Notes: a model not told the origin generated them from the letters alone. Shown: positions 12,308 to 28,949, counted from the stretch's first letter. The stretch is 64,000 nucleotides of DNA from Chrysomallon squamiferum (GCA_012295275.1 CM022670.1:9982001-10046000), one strand, 5' to 3'. Numbers and translations are program-made.

Positions 12308-15300
12308 GATATAATGTTATCATATAAAATCAAAAAGTTTGATTTGCATTTCTAATGAGTTCATGCTGTTATGAAGAGTATCCCTGAAGGCAGAAAGTCT
12401 TATCTTTATTACTGACTAGAACTGGAAGCAAAACCTGAATGAGTGAAATGAAGGGTAAATTTTAGAACAATTATAAACAGCAAGTGCAGTGGGTTGCAAC
12501 AGTAGATGTTTTATGTTAAATGTCTGGTGTGTAAAATGTATTGATATTCAACCAAAATATTGAGTAAAGAATGACTAAGTGAACTGCTGTTACACATTTT
12601 GCTTTATATGTGAATAAATGTGTGAACATTTTAATAATGGATATTAGATTTTGGACATTTGTTTTTATTATAATGTGAATAATTTATTACAAACACAGTG
12701 ATATATAAACACATACACACAGATTGAAATACACACACACACACACCCACACATACACCCACACACACCCTTAATTATGCATTCATCCCAAATGTACTAA
12801 TTAAGGTACGTGTCCTGGAGTGAATGTTTGATTAACAACAGCTTAAAACATTTCAGTATTAACAGCTGTTTGCTCTCTAATGCATAATGGTTTTGTGGAT
12901 GGATTAAATTTATGAAAGAAAACATGTTGCTAGAAATCTATGAGTAAGTCACGAACAGCCATCATTAATTCTACAACAAAAACACATAATTATGTTAGAT
13001 ATTCAAGGAACACTGGTTGGAAAAGAAAACAGCCCATTGTGAGAAGTGAGCAGGATTGATCCTGTAAAGCCTTGGGCTAGAACTGCACTGTTTACCTTAA
13101 AGAGGTGTTATTGACAATGCCACTAATGAGTCAGCAGTGTATGTAATAGTAATGTACAATGGTCTTGATAAGAGACTTTACCAACAGCTGCTGACAGGTC
13201 CTGTATGATTACAGAACTTGAAGTGAACAACTGTTTCTAATGTGATTGTGTTATAATTAACCTACAAACGTACTGACTGACATCAGCAGGCATCAAATCT
13301 GGAACATGTCATATACAGCAAGAACACAGACATGACTGTTTATAATCAACTTACATGTAATGTGTTTCTTGTCTGTAGCCTTCATTTTGATATGGACATA
13401 AAGCTTGTGGGATAATTTAGTGAACGCACACAGGGTGTCATCGTAAAGTTTGTCTCAGAAATATGTATCAGATTAGATGCACTAACTAATAACTGCATAT
13501 ATTTAAGTGTTATAATTAAACTATATAATTATGATTAATGAATAAGCACACACACACACACACACACTATTTTGAAATTCAAATTTGGAAGTGTTGTCAT
13601 GGTAATATATATGATTATTATAATTAAACAAAAACTGTTGTGTTTGTAGACAGCAGGTTCACTGGACAACTAACATGTTGGACAACTAACATGTTGAATA
13701 ATTCAGTAAACAATTGTATAAATACTTGCACACACACATAACTTACAATGAACAAACAAAGAAAGAGGAAATTTTGTTAGGTTAATAATCACTAGCCTGT
13801 AAGTGATTGTTGTATCTGAACTTCTGAATGTTGTCTTACTGTTCAGCAGGCTCCAAACTGATATTATTGTTATAATTAATTTACAAATTTAAAAGTTTAT
13901 GACACCATCAGACATCAGATATATTCCATCACAGAACTATTCAGATATTGTAAATATGTGTATACATGATTGCCATTATTAACATCAGTGGACTAATCGG
14001 TGGACTAATCTGTGGACACGGCATTCTGTCCTAAAACCTGTCAGATGCAGTAGAGAGATACTTAATGACCGTTATAAGTAACTGTTAAACATGTGGATAT
14101 AATTTATAGGTTTTGTTAAGAATATGGAACTTGTTAGATACTGCTAATAAATGTGTGAGTGCATGTGATCATTATAAATAAAAATGAAATGATTGACATC
14201 AATGTGATGCATAAGTGTGATAACAAATTACAGACATTTCACAAATTGCGTACAGGAACAATTAATTTAGAAATGTATGTGTAAGCAACTGATACAAGTC
14301 AGGTGTAACAGATTTATTTATTTTACAAACTGAGAAAAAAACTAACACTTAAATTGAGATTACCAAACTGCTGGATGATAAAAAGAGAGAGCAAAAAAAA
14401 AAAAGAAAATTATTTTAATTATTTACTTGCTTTTATTTCTTTTATATTATTATTATTATTATTAGCAGTAGTAGTAGTATAGTAGTATATATTATTATTA
14501 TTATTATTAATTTTTTTTCGACATTGTTATAAAAAAGAATTAATGATTATTCAGATATTTATAAATAAAATCCTGGAAAATATTCAAGCAGTGTTCAGTA
14601 GTCTTTGATTTTCAATTATTTAACTCTGTTGTGACAAATTATTGAATAGCAGAATATCCTGAATTATTTCAAAAGATGAGATAAAAATTGAAACACTGAA
14701 GCATCACAAAAATCTGAGTCATGATTCATGAACTAAAAAGGTTTTGCTCTTTTTTAATTGATTGTCTGACGTGAATTATAAATTGATTTGATTGTATTGC
14801 ACATCATAAACATTAATTTTCACACAATTTACAGATAGTAATTTGATTTAAAAAAAAGAAAGATATAAAAAAAAAAAAACATTTACACTTATTTTCCATT
14901 GAAAAAACAGCAATTCTTTTTTTTTTTTTTTTAAAGAAAGAAATGGCCTGTAGAAATATAAAACTAAATATGAGGTTTCACTGGAATATTTTTCCAATAA
15001 TAATTCTTAACAGCTTCAGATTTGTGTTTCGTGAATTATTAATGTGAACATGTTTCTGTATAGCTAGTATTGATCTTGTTTTTGTATTTTTTTTAAACTT
15101 TGAAAGAATTTTAAAAATGAGTTGTTTCTGATAAAACATTTAAATTATTTTTATATACACATGATACATTCAGATTTAAGATGTGTTTTTAAAAAAAATT
15201 GTTTCTTTTCATGCTATCATATCAATATTATTTATTAAGAACTAATTTACTTCTTATTTAGAATTATTTTAAGACAATTTCTAAAGACATCTTTTTTTTT

Positions 15301-16012
15301 TCCATTTTTTTTTTTTTTTTTTTTTAAATTTGTATTTATTCTTAATATTTTTTTAAAATATCTTTTTATATACATTAATAGGGACCAAGTGTTGTTTTTT
15401 TTAAAATATCTAGCCTAAAGGATTTAAAAAAAAAATGTACATATGCTTCCCTTAATATTAATTTACATCACCCTACCATTTTCCAGGCATGATCATGTTT
15501 CACATAAATATTTGGAATGTTGTCAAAAAAATCCTATGGAATTTCACACGCTTGCACAATTAGTATAGGGGGGCAAAAAATCAATGTCAAATGAGGCACA
15601 GATTTTCACAAAATCGGACACCATCTTAATTGCACAGCCCAGTGGATTCATCAATCAGTGGTGATGAACACTGCCATATTTCTGCCTGATTATGGAGATT
15701 GTATTCAACATTGCTAAACTTGTAGAGGTGGCAAAATTTGTAATGAAGCATCCAGTTTGGAAATGAGGTGATTCGACTGCCAAATGCGATGGTCTGTCTC
15801 TAACCCAGATGATGATTTAGTAGAAACATAACTCTTCCCAGGTCTAATTTGATTCTAAGTCACATACAACAGATTTTTGAGACAACAGGTTTATGGGTGA
15901 TATTGTTGTAAGTTATCTGGCTTGTAAACCATAAGGTTCATAATAAATCATTTTTCCATATTTCAAAGACAATAAATCTACAAGACTTGTTTCTAAATGT
16001 GTATGTATGTGT

Positions 16013-16052
<40 letters not shown>

Positions 16053-18081
16053 TAAACATGTTACATTTATTTATTAAAAAGTATTCATGACAGTTTACAT
16101 AATAGGAGAAATAAGAAATTCTCAAAATTTCTATCCTGTACTTGTATCATCGATTAATTTTGTTCATAAATCTTATTTTTTTGTTTTAAATACATTTTAA
16201 AATTCTTTATTGCTTTGGAATTTGATAATGTATTTTACAAAAAATCTTTGATGCAGCTATAATTTAATTTAAAAAAAAAAAAAAGAGTGAGCGAGAGAAA
16301 GAACTTGATCTTTAATTGTGGCCAGTTTTTTGCCTTCATTTTGTATTTAATTTTCACTCCACTTTGGGGAGAAATGTGTAATTCCTGAAACAAGATGTTT
16401 CTGTTGACATTGTGATAAAACCTACTGGATGATTACTAATAAATCTGGGGGTGAAGTTTTCAGGACTGTGCATTGAACAACGATCCTCTTCTTGTGTAGA
16501 CCTGTGTTCCGAGATTTTAGTTTCTCTCTCCGACGATTTCTACTTCTCTCATCTTTGTTTTATCAGCTAATGTCAGAGTTTAGGTGTATTTGAAAAGCCA
16601 GTAACTTCTGTTTGTGAATTACTGAATGACTGGATTGGAATGTTGTTGTGTAACAGATGTCTGTAATAGGAATTATTTGAATATAGTTATGATTTGACTT
16701 TGTTTTGTTGGTTTTATGTTTTTACAAAAGTAACTGAGTAATACCTACATATTCATTCATATTATTAAGATTAGACAATTTTTTATAATTTAATTGTCTT
16801 TTTGTTTTGTTTTTTTCATTGTTAATGAATAAGAGAAAATAGAAAACTTGTGTTTAAAAAATAATAATAATAAATTGAAAAAAAAAAAAAAAAAAAAAAG
16901 CATAGCAAAACCCTTTAGGATATATTGAAAAAAAAATATTTATATATATTTTTGTCTTATTTTGCTTACAGGAATGGTCCTGTCTATATTCTTTTTCTCT
17001 CTGACATTTCCACAAAACCAGTTACTGAAAGCAAAACTTTTTCATTATTTATAACATACTTTTGAGGTGATAGATATCTTCTGATATTGGTCTGAAAAAT
17101 CAATATTAAACTAATCTGCTAGTTTGCACCACATAATTGTATTATAGGATTCTTCTTGTGGAAGAATGATTTGGAAAGTTTGATTTAATTGTTATTCTGG
17201 CTTGTTCACTTCCTACTTGAGGAAGTATCAGTCAAATACCACACACACACACACACACACACAATAAACATGCTGGCTGACATGAAAAAATATAAACATA
17301 ATCTGTGATATACATATATATATATATACACATACATTCTAACAATGACATATCCAGATACCCCTCTAAATTTGTTTTAATAATTAAAAAAAGTTATTTT
17401 ATTTTTAGATTAGGAAAGTCAATTTATTTGTTTGTTTTACTTTTGATAATAATTATTACTTTTATTGTTATTATTTTACTTTATTTTTTTTTTTCATTTT
17501 TTTTTTTTTTTTTTTCTTTTTTTTTTAATGATCTGTAATATAGGGAATAATAATTTAAATACTTTTTGTTATACTGAATACATACTTCTCCTGCTCTAAT
17601 AGACCTAATGAATCAGTTTTATATATTCTACAAGAAGATATATCCCCATTTTAAAAAAAAAAAAAAAAAAAAAGAGATAAAAAAAAGAAGTAAGAAGTCC
17701 AAGAAAAAAAACAAAAAGGATCAAAAATAGTATTTGAAAGAAAAAGAAGTGTTTACAGGTGAATAAAATACTAAAAGAGAAAGTGTGGATGAGTTCTGTG
17801 GGCTTGTTCAGTCTGTTTGTTCATTGTCATTGAAGGGATTTTGTAGATCCCGTGTAATTATCAGCCTATTGTGAGTGCTGGTGACAGGGTTTATGTGGAG
17901 TGATAAAATGTTTGTATAATGGGCTGATAAGTTTGTCTCTCTATTTATCAGCCAATTTGGGCTGTTACAAGTATTAAGATAGGTCCTAATCTGATTTGTT
18001 TTCTTATGACTTTATTTTTTTTTTTTCAGTTTTGTAATTATTTATTTTGTTAAATAATTAATTTTTTTATTTTTTATTATT

Positions 18082-18117
<36 letters not shown>

Positions 18118-21100
18118 ATCCTTTTTACTTACATGTATTCCATTTTTCTAATATAAAACAGTTATAGAAATTTTATACAGGTACCACAAACTGTTTTGTT
18201 TTTTAAAAGTGAAATTGTATATGATACATGGTCACAATTCTTTATATATATAAATCTATATTTTTCTTTTTCTTTTATTGTTATAAATTTTAATTAATTG
18301 TATAAAAAAAAGTTTGCATTAATTTCAAATCAACTTGATTCTTTCTCATATTCTTACACTAAATGTATATCATTTTTCACTGTTTTTTATTTTTCGTGTT
18401 TTTTAATTCTGGAAATTAGTTTCTCTGTTAATGAATATTACTAAATTATGGTTACACCCAGATATATCTGAAAGTTGAAATTATTGTGCAGGTACACGAA
18501 TTTCAACTTTTTGTTCTTATCTTCACTTGCTGTGCCATTCACTAAAGCAGCCAGCCAAGTTAATTTTTAAATCCAAAAATGTGGTTAATCATTTTGTCAT
18601 CTTCCAAATGCCTAAATTAATCCTGGTTAAATGTATCTTCAAAGAGACATCCTGCTGAAAAACTTAAAAGAGTTTGGCTCAGAATAAGGAAAGATAATGC
18701 ATGAACTCTAGCAGACCTTCAGTTTTGTTTGGTGAATAGACTGTATGCTAGGCTATTTGATAAGGAATGATGGGTATGAGAACAAAAAATGAAAAGGGTT
18801 GGAAAGAGCATCTGAAAGGTCAAAAATTATTTTGGAAAAAAAAAAATTTTTGTTTTTTTTTTATTAAAAAGGGGGAAGGAAAAATAATAAGGGTTTACAG
18901 AAAACCAACTGAACGGTCAAAATCTGTAAATTATGAAATTATTTATATTTCGAAAAAATCAAGATAAAAACATGCATATTAAATGTTAATTAATATCCAT
19001 TTATCCTTTACTAAATAACTATCAGTAAAATGGTATCACCTCTGTGTATGTACACATGTACCCAATAAATGTCATTTTTTCTTTTACAATTACAAACCAT
19101 TATCACATTATTATAGGGGCCTAAATATATGTTAGATTTTAATTGATGTCCTTTTATGTTTTTTTTTTTCAAAAGCTTTCCTGACCATATTTTGCAGTAA
19201 CAACTAATAAACTACAAAATGTATATCACCTCTTTATATCTATAGACATATACATCATGAATGTCACATTTAATTTGAACATTATAACTATTATCACATT
19301 AGAGAAACTTTCAATGTCAAATTATTTAGCAGGTCTGAAACAAGTGAAAGTTCAGGTTTGTGTTGTTGATGTTACAGAAAATGGCCAAAGGTGGATAAAC
19401 CAGTTTTGTTACAATTTTCTTTCTTTCTTTTTTTTTCTTCTGGGAATGGAAACTGAAATTATTTTACTTGGCTTCTTATAACAAGTCCTATGTATCCATG
19501 TTAACAAAAAAAAACATGAATTTGTGGTTTTGTAGTTTTACAGAACACAGCACTTTTTGAATTGTATTCTGTTTTAAAATAGAATAAATTTATACTTTAT
19601 GATAGGAAATAATTTTACTGCATCATTAGGTTTTGACTTTAATATTAAATATTGTTTTGAAATTTAAATTATCTGTTAAAAACTTTCACTTGTTATAGCA
19701 TATCATTAAAAATACATAACTTATAAACCATCTGTGTGTGTGTGTGTGTGTGCATGTTTCTGTTTATATGTAAGTACTTCCTTATAGAGTTAACACACAC
19801 ACACACACACACACAGACAGATACACACACACACACACACACAGACAGACAGACACACACACACACACACACACACACACATTTTAGTATAATGCTGAGC
19901 ATACATAAACTTGTTAGTGCACAAGCTGTTTATTCCACAGAACACATTGCTTGGCCATGCTTTAAATTGTTCATTACTGTGTGTGTGTGTTATTTACTCA
20001 AATCATTGCCTTGTTCCATTACCTTCCTCTCTCTTACAATGATTAGCTTCCACCATTTTCCTTCATTACAGACCCATAAAATGATAACAAAGACTAAGGG
20101 ATATCTGCAGTGTAGTTGTAAACAGGATTATAGATATTTTGTTGTTGTTATTTGATGCACTGAATGATTTTCATCAGGAATTACAGATACATTCCCACAC
20201 ATTTGTTATACATGATGTATGATACATGTAATATGTATCCAGTTGTATTGTATGAGAAATGAGTTATGGTTTGAAAAAAGTTAGTTGAATCAGTGAATTT
20301 ATAATAGTATGGGAGAAACATTAATAATTAGAAATGCTTGGTTAGTGAATCATTGAATGACTTTTTTTCTGAAATTTAAAAAACCCAGAAAAGTTAATCA
20401 CTTAATAAAAAAAATAGGAATAACCTATTTTGCCATAACATTCAGTTATTTTTCTCTAAAAAATATAAAATATATTTTATTTTATTTTTCATTTTCTTGT
20501 GTATAAAAAAAAACATTTATTAATTTCTTACTTGGAATATTTTCCAGTTCCAGCAATACACTGTATTTACATTAATTTATATTAATTTATGTGTTTTGTA
20601 TATATCTTTTAAACCGTTTCTTTTATTTTTGTTTTTAATACTTAGGTATTCATTTTCTGACAAAATTAATATAATTATTAGTTGTTCTAATATATTTCTT
20701 CTTCTTCTTTAAAAAAAAACTTAGTATCTAATTTATAACATCACCTGCAAAGAATTCCACGGGACAGTATTTATATACAATAAAGTTTTTTCTTTTTCTT
20801 CACTTTTTAATTTCATATTTTAACATTATTATAAAAAAAAAAAAAGAAAAAAAAAAAGAAAAGGTAACATTATCACCTTGTTTTCAACAGTAATAAAATA
20901 CATTAAATTTATCCTGTTGACTGAATTAGACTATACACTCAGACGTCTAACATATATACACTATACTGTATGATGTAGAGCCATCCCATTTACTGGTCAT
21001 CTGATCTTGAACAATAAACCGTTATCACTGAACACAGCTCTCTATTAAACAGGGTTTGCACGGACGGGATTCAAATTCCTTTCTGATGATGGTTCTGCTG

Positions 21101-21485
21101 TCCGTGTTTCCTACATCTAATGGTTACTAAGTGCTTTTGCTTTGTCATCAATTTAATGGCTAGCCTTTATTAATCATCCCTGTGTTGATTTGATGAGCGG
21201 AAATTTGTTCCGTCTAATTGCATGCTTGGTCACACGGGGTTAATGGACAAGTAAAAACAAGCAATTACTAGTATATATGAAGTCAGTACTGTAACATCTC
21301 TGTCTGTGGTAATGACTAAAACACTGATGTCAGCTTTCTGTTTGATCACCTTTTACAGTGTCACACGTTTCTCTTTAATTACAGTTGTGTAACCTTGATT
21401 TTCTTTTTTAATTAGAAAGTGGTTGCAGTTGTTGTGATTATATCTGGTAATGCTGTGTGACATCCACACAGTGGAGCGCATGCGT

Positions 21486-21537
<52 letters not shown>

Positions 21538-23641
21538 ACACACACTTATATATATGTACTTGAGATCATATATGCATTTTAAATAAGTTTTAGATAGATA
21601 GATTTTAATGTGTTATAAGGAGTGTGCTTTAGCTCTAGGGTGGAATTAGTTTGCCTCATGATCTTTCCTATCTGATGGATTCATCAGATTTATTTCTCCA
21701 TTTTAATTACATCAGTACATGACATCTAAGGCTTCTCAAATTTTTTTTTCTTTTTGTTTTTTCTTATTTTTGGTTTGTTTCTTTTGTCTTCGTGGGGAAA
21801 CATATTTTAAATGCATACATATATACATACACATAATGTATTATATATATGTACTTGAGAACATACATTCAATTTAAATATATACCTACATACACATACT
21901 CACACTTGCATACAAAAATATACACAAATACCTAGAAATATGTAGACAAGCACATACTTATATAATAAGTGATAGTTATATTGATAAATGCCGCTTATTA
22001 TCAGTAATGATGTAATACCTGGCATACCCCGATCATTATCTCCTGTTACCACATGTAATTCACACTGTGCTTTACAACACAGACTTATTTTATAACAGTT
22101 CACTTTTCTTCTCAAATTTCTTAATATCTATTTTAGTCCTTCTTTTTTTTTCTCCCTTTTTTTTTCATAACCATGACTCCATGAGTCATTATTTTAAAAA
22201 AAAAGACACCACATCAAGCTGACTGCCTTCAGCCATAGTCTAGCAATATTTTTGTTTCATCTAACTGATATATATCTATATCTATCTATATCTATCTATA
22301 TATCTATATAGCTATATCTATCTATATCTATCTATATCTATATATAGCTATATTTATCTATCTATCTATATCTATATGTATGTATGTATCTATCTATCTA
22401 TATTCATATATATATATATATCTGTCTGTCTGTCTGTATATATGTAGCTCTAGGGTGGAATTAGTTTGCCTCATGATCTTTCCTATCTGATGGATTCAAA
22501 AGATTTATTTTTTCATTTTAATTACATCAGTACACGACATCTAAGGCTTCTCATTTTTTCTTTCCATTTTTTTTTTTTTTATTATTTTTGGTTTGTTTCT
22601 TTTGTATTTGTGTGAAAAAATATTTTCTATTGGTCTTAATGAACATTTAGCCTTGTGTATCACAATACCCGACTTGATTTTAAGGTTACATTTAAAATAC
22701 TTCATTTTATTTAAAGTGTAATATTTAAATTATTATTATTTTAACACTTTTTAAATTTATTTTGTTAAAAAAAATTTAAATGTACTTGAAGAGCACTAAT
22801 ATAATGTATTTGAAATACTTTTGTCATGCAGTTTTATTATATAGGCCTATATTTAAGTTTATAACTTTAATCGATATTTGTTCTAATGGTAATTGAAATA
22901 CTTTATTTTAATATATTTCAAATACACAACTAGAATGCAGCTGTAATGGTTTGAAATGTAGCATGGTTTGTAATAGTAGGTCTGTATGATGTAATTGCAT
23001 TTTGATTTATTTGAGATGGGGTTTTTTTTTTTTTTTTGTGGTATTTGAAGTTTATTTAGTTTGAGCAGCATCAGGACTCGCTTTGAGAACAAAAAGAACA
23101 AGAATATTAAGCCTCACTTTGAGAACAAAAAGAACAAGAACATGAAACCGGTATTAAAGTTCTGAGTCTTACACATACTTGTTAGTCAGCTGTTAAATCC
23201 ACTGAAACTACTGCACAGTCATAAACTTGTCATCTGTGAGCCATTTGTCCTTGTGACCTGGTTTCTGTCTCCTACCTGCCTGAACACCAGCCAGCTTTTC
23301 CTACTTAGTCAGGTGTTCAGAAAAAAAAACAGCTTTAAAACAAAATAAGCTGGGATTCAGAGTGTTATTTTATTTTATTTTATTTTATTTTATTTTATTT
23401 TTCTTTACTTTTTCTTTTTAATTTAATTTAATTTAATTTAATTTAATTTAATTTATTTTTAATTTAAATTTATTTAAATTTAATTTAATTTATTTAATTT
23501 TTTTTATTATTATTTTTTTTTTTTTAAATTTCATTTCATTTCTAAAACGTATTCTTTATAAACAATACTAAACAAATATCCACTTATTCACTTTGATAAA
23601 CTTGCCTTTATTTTCCTCTTTCTTTTGTTCTTTTTCTTTAT

Positions 23642-23673
<32 letters not shown>

Positions 23674-26600
23674 TCCTTTTCCTTTATGATGACTCCAGTG
23701 ATGCCTTTTCAGTCATGAAGTATCCCATCTGATTGGTTTTTTTTCCATCCATTTCATTTTTTTTGTCATGGTTATAAATTATTCATTAAAAACTATTGAC
23801 CGATTAATTTACAGAACTTTGCGATCATGGAATGTGTCAGAAGAGCATCTCTGCATGATTGATTTTTGTCCTGAATGTAAAACTTGATTCACTTTTTGTG
23901 ACTTTCTGTTCGAAGATTCATGTCCACTGGTGGCTAATTATCTAAAAAGAAACTGATAAAAATCAATACAAATATTTTTATTTTATTTTTTTTTTTGGAT
24001 GATATTATTTTGAAGGTGGTACAAGACTAATGTAATTGTAAAGCAATGAAAACAACATTTGTATTTATGATGTTTTTGAAATAAAACAAATAACAGAAGT
24101 GACTGATTGCCTTAAATAAAGTAGAATACTAAAAATAGCAGGGAATGATTAATTACAGCTGTAATTTATCAAACAAAGCTGGCACTTGGTTATTATTAAT
24201 GTATTCAAACATTCAAATGTAAACTGTTTTCACCTCTTTGTAGAGTTATTCAAATATATGTTTTTTTAACAAATAAAATAATGTTTATAATGTTTTGGCA
24301 AACTATATTGTGTACCAGCCAGGAACTGTTCTTTGCCTGACTGTATTCCCTATGCCCCTCCCAGAAAAATCACTTTCTCTCTAATTTTCTCATTTTCGAG
24401 ATCTCACTTGTTCTCTCACATTCTGTATCATCATTCTATTTTTTTCATACTTCTGTCTCATTCTTTCTCTTTTTCTTGGTTTTCTCTTTGTGTCTTTCTT
24501 TCTTTTACTTCTTCTTTCATCCATCTGTCTGCCATTTTGTCATTTTTCTCCTGAGTATGTGGTGTGAGTGCACGTGTGTGTGTACATGTGCACACGCATG
24601 TGTGTGTTTTTTTTTCCAGTGCCATACAGTTTATAGCCAGATAATGCATGAAACCAAGGTCAAATTATACATGCTTCATGCATGAACCAGATGACCGATA
24701 AATTCTGATTAAGTTCCTTTCTGATAACTTGGCAGTGTACAGCATAAACTTCAAGTCCATGTATTTTAGTTAGACGTTATTACTTGCAATTACATACAGT
24801 TCATGCACCAACATTTATGTATTTAGAGTAAACAAGTCCATACTGACAATGTCACCAAGTGCACTGAAGTGGAAATATTTGTTATTATTTTAGTACACTA
24901 ACAATAAATACAGTTGATACTGTGTGGATTGGGGTGTTGTCGCTGTCGACAGTAAAACCTGAGTTACCATTTCTGTTACTTGAGTGTAATTTACTGTAAA
25001 GTCCTTTACTGCACAGCTCATATATTCTCTTGCTTTATTGGCAGCTATAAACACATAAACTATAAATCAGAAACTTAAAACTTAGAAAAAATCCCATACC
25101 ACTATCAGGTTGATTCTTGTAAACACTACAAGGTTAAAATATTAAATATTTAACAAAAGTGAAAGACATCCATTTCTAATGTTAATATTTAATTAATGAC
25201 AAAAACCTTCACGATATTGATATTTTAAACTCTAGAGAGGCTATTATAATAAAATGCTAATTTTGACATTGATAAGTAAGGCATAATATTGTAAGATGAT
25301 AGTTAAAATAATTAACATAAAATCTAACATGTTTTCAAACCACTGACGTTACTTGGGGTGGGAATGGATATAAGACGTAAGGGAGATTTAACAAAAATAA
25401 CAATAACTTACATTTAAACCAATTATAATGATATTACTCAATTTACTGTTTGTAACAGTTATAAGCAACAATTTGAAACGAGTATTGTGAAAATACTCTT
25501 AATGAATGTTTGAAAGTAATAGCTCTGCAGTAAATATTGCTGAGAAAACACAGTGCAAGGCTCTAACAAATATGAATATATACACTGAGAATTTGAAAAT
25601 AATACCTGGTTTAGGTAGGGATTTAACAACTCTGACGATTATCATAGAAAGAGCTAAACTGAAATTTGCTTTACAAAAACAACAGCATTAGTATGAAACT
25701 GGTCTTTTTTATTGGTTACAAAGGATACAGGTGTATGTTACCTATTGTATATATTAATAGCAATATCAAAACAGTTTGTACATATCCTTTATTTCATTTT
25801 TATTTTATTTTTTTCTTGCTAGATATTATCACTGCCAGTAAATAACAAAAACACTGAAAATAAATATCTTAAAAAGCAGTGGTGTGTTTATAAGAAACAG
25901 TTTTGCTTGTTGACATAAAAAACAGATATATTTATTTTGTTGTACTTGTATATACATACTTGTATTTAAATAGCACAGCCAACAAAATCTGAGAATATTT
26001 ACATAATAGAAATAACCAGATTTTACTTGACACAATACACATGTTGTTATTTCTCCCATTTCAAATGTAAAATTAGTAATAATGAAATAAACATGATAAA
26101 GATGTAATAGTAACAATAATACTGATTATCATCATCATTTTCATCATCATCATAATAAATTAATTCTTTACTAAAAACATTATTTTAAACTGTATTTTAT
26201 CTATTTCATTTATTAAATATCATGGATTGAATTTGAAACAATTATTATTATTATTTTTTAATTTTTTTTACCTCTTTTCCTTAACCAAATTAATTACAAA
26301 ACAAGTTTTTATTAATAAAAAAAAAATGCTTAATTTTTTTACATTGTTGTAAAACACAACAAAAAATGTATTTTAGAGAGTTCTATACTGCATTCCATGA
26401 AGACTGAAATATTTATTTTTATATTTTGGAAAAGCCTTGGGGCTGAGTAAGGTTCATGCTTCAGTGGTTTAGTAAATGAAGGATGGTCTTAAAGATTTCC
26501 TGTGCAGTGTAGATCAAATGAAAGACATTTAATGGAACCTCGGTATAAAATTACCTTGGATATTAGATGTCATACAGAGGTTATTAAGATCAAATACAAA

Positions 26601-27204
26601 ACCATAAACTATTTTATATATAAATTTATAGTTTGGTGGGGAAAATCATTTGATTGTTAAAATACTTTAATATATTAGTAAATAAATAGATAAATAAATA
26701 CATTTGTATAAAAATTTAGAACAACAAAAATAAAAACAAAGATTGATTGAAATAAAGGAAAATAAAATAAAATAAATAAACAAATTTAAAGTTTGATGGG
26801 CAGAGTTCCTTCTTTGTTATAAGATTACTATATTTGTAAATAATTATATTGTTATGTGATGGTTTTATTACAGATAAATTATATAACTGAGTATCAATAA
26901 ATCTGTTTATTCAGACATTAACAAAGTTAATAGAATGGTCAGCGTAATGAAAAGTAGTTTAATTTGCTTCTGCAGTAAAAGCCTGCTTTGCATGATAATA
27001 AGGAGAAAATGATATCTACAACAGCGTTTAATGGATTAAATGAGATATTAAAGAAATTGTTTCAAACATGAGTAGTTGAAAATGCATTTTACCTGTTCAT
27101 AAGGTAATATATAAAAGGTGTTTATATTTTATTTTATTTTATTTTATTTTATTTATTTTATTTTATTTTTGTTTTTATTTTATTTTATATTTTTTTATTT
27201 TATT

Positions 27205-27247
<43 letters not shown>

Positions 27248-27655
27248 TTTTATTTTATTTTATTTTATTTTATTTTATTTCTTTATTTCTTTATTTATTT
27301 AATTTATTTTATTTTATTTTATTTTATTTTATTTATTTTTTATATTTTATTTTTTATTTATTTTTTAATAGAATATGTGCTGTCAAAAATATTTCAGAAT
27401 AATACATTTATATCTGAGCTTTTAAAAAAAAAAAAAATACATAGTAATAATAATAATAGAAATAAATAAATAGGTAAATTAGACAAACTCAGAATGGCAT
27501 AATAATTAATAATAAATAATAATAATAATCAATAAATACTTGTATTCTTGAAAAGCTGCCAGTGCCTGGGTGTACTTAACTAAATTATATGACAGAAACA
27601 TTGTACTTCACAGTATATTGTCTTAAATTGTTAAACTGTCACCATATGATTTAAA

Positions 27656-27699
<44 letters not shown>

Positions 27700-27803
27700 A
27701 TAATAATAATAGTAATAGTAATAGTAATAGTAATAATAATAATTTGAATAATATAATAATAATACTACTACTACTACTACTACTACTACTAATAATAATA
27801 GTA

Positions 27804-27849
<46 letters not shown>

Positions 27850-28355
27850 TTTCAATAATAATAAAAAATAAAGAAAGAAAGAAATAATAAAAATAAATAT
27901 ATTCGTACCACGCTCAGGTTACTACTTGTATTAAGCTGAGATAAGTTTATGTAGATCCTGCTAACTGAATGGAAGACAGATGTGTACAGATTAAACACAC
28001 TTAGTGATGGATGTCCAAACAGCTCATTAGATGGCCTTCGTGGAGATAAAAATCTTGACCTTAGAATTGGCATCTTGACATTTTGATAACATTCAGGTCA
28101 TTTGCATTTAAAACAGCGAGCTGACGTGTTTGCTTTCCTTAACACCACGTATCTTACTTAGAGGTGAAGAATGTTTGTTACCAATCAACACAATGCTGTT
28201 AGATTGATGGCTTAGGCAGAACAGCCGGGAGAATTAGGAGGAGGAGGAGGAGACACCTGTCTTTATCAATATCACTCACTGTTTTAAGACTGATGAAAGA
28301 GTGCACGTGTGTGTGTGTGTGCGTGTGCATGTGTGTGTGTGTGTGTGTGTGTGTG

Positions 28356-28392
<37 letters not shown>

Positions 28393-28949
28393 GTGTGTGT
28401 GCATGTGTGTGTGTGTGACAACACAATAGTAATAAACAGTCTTTTTTTTAACTTCTTACCTTTGTGTCTGTCTGTCTGTGTTTTTGTGTGGAGACATTGT
28501 GATAGTAATAATACATTTTAATTTCTTATTTCTGTTGGAAAATGCTGTAGCTGTAGTTGAATATTGTTCTTCAGTTTATTGTTTTGTATCTATTGTCCTT
28601 TTCTTTTCTTTAAAAAAAAAAAAATTAAATCTGTTAAAATATTATTTGAATAATATTGATTGCAAGTAGAATTCTATGGTTTACCTGTATGCAGTGACAC
28701 TTTGTTATAGCAAACAGGTGTGAATGATTGTTGAAAAGAAAAAAAGGTAATTTAAAATCTTTTGGTTTTTACCTGTGGGTGCATAAACCATAATCTGTTG
28801 TGATATAGTTCACAGAATTTCAAGAAAGATAGTAGATAACAAGAAATATAATAAAATCAGAATTAGGAAATATAATTAAAATAAACCCCTGCATTCTTTT
28901 CTTTCTTCTTTTATATTTTATATTTTATATTTTATTTATTTTTTATTTT

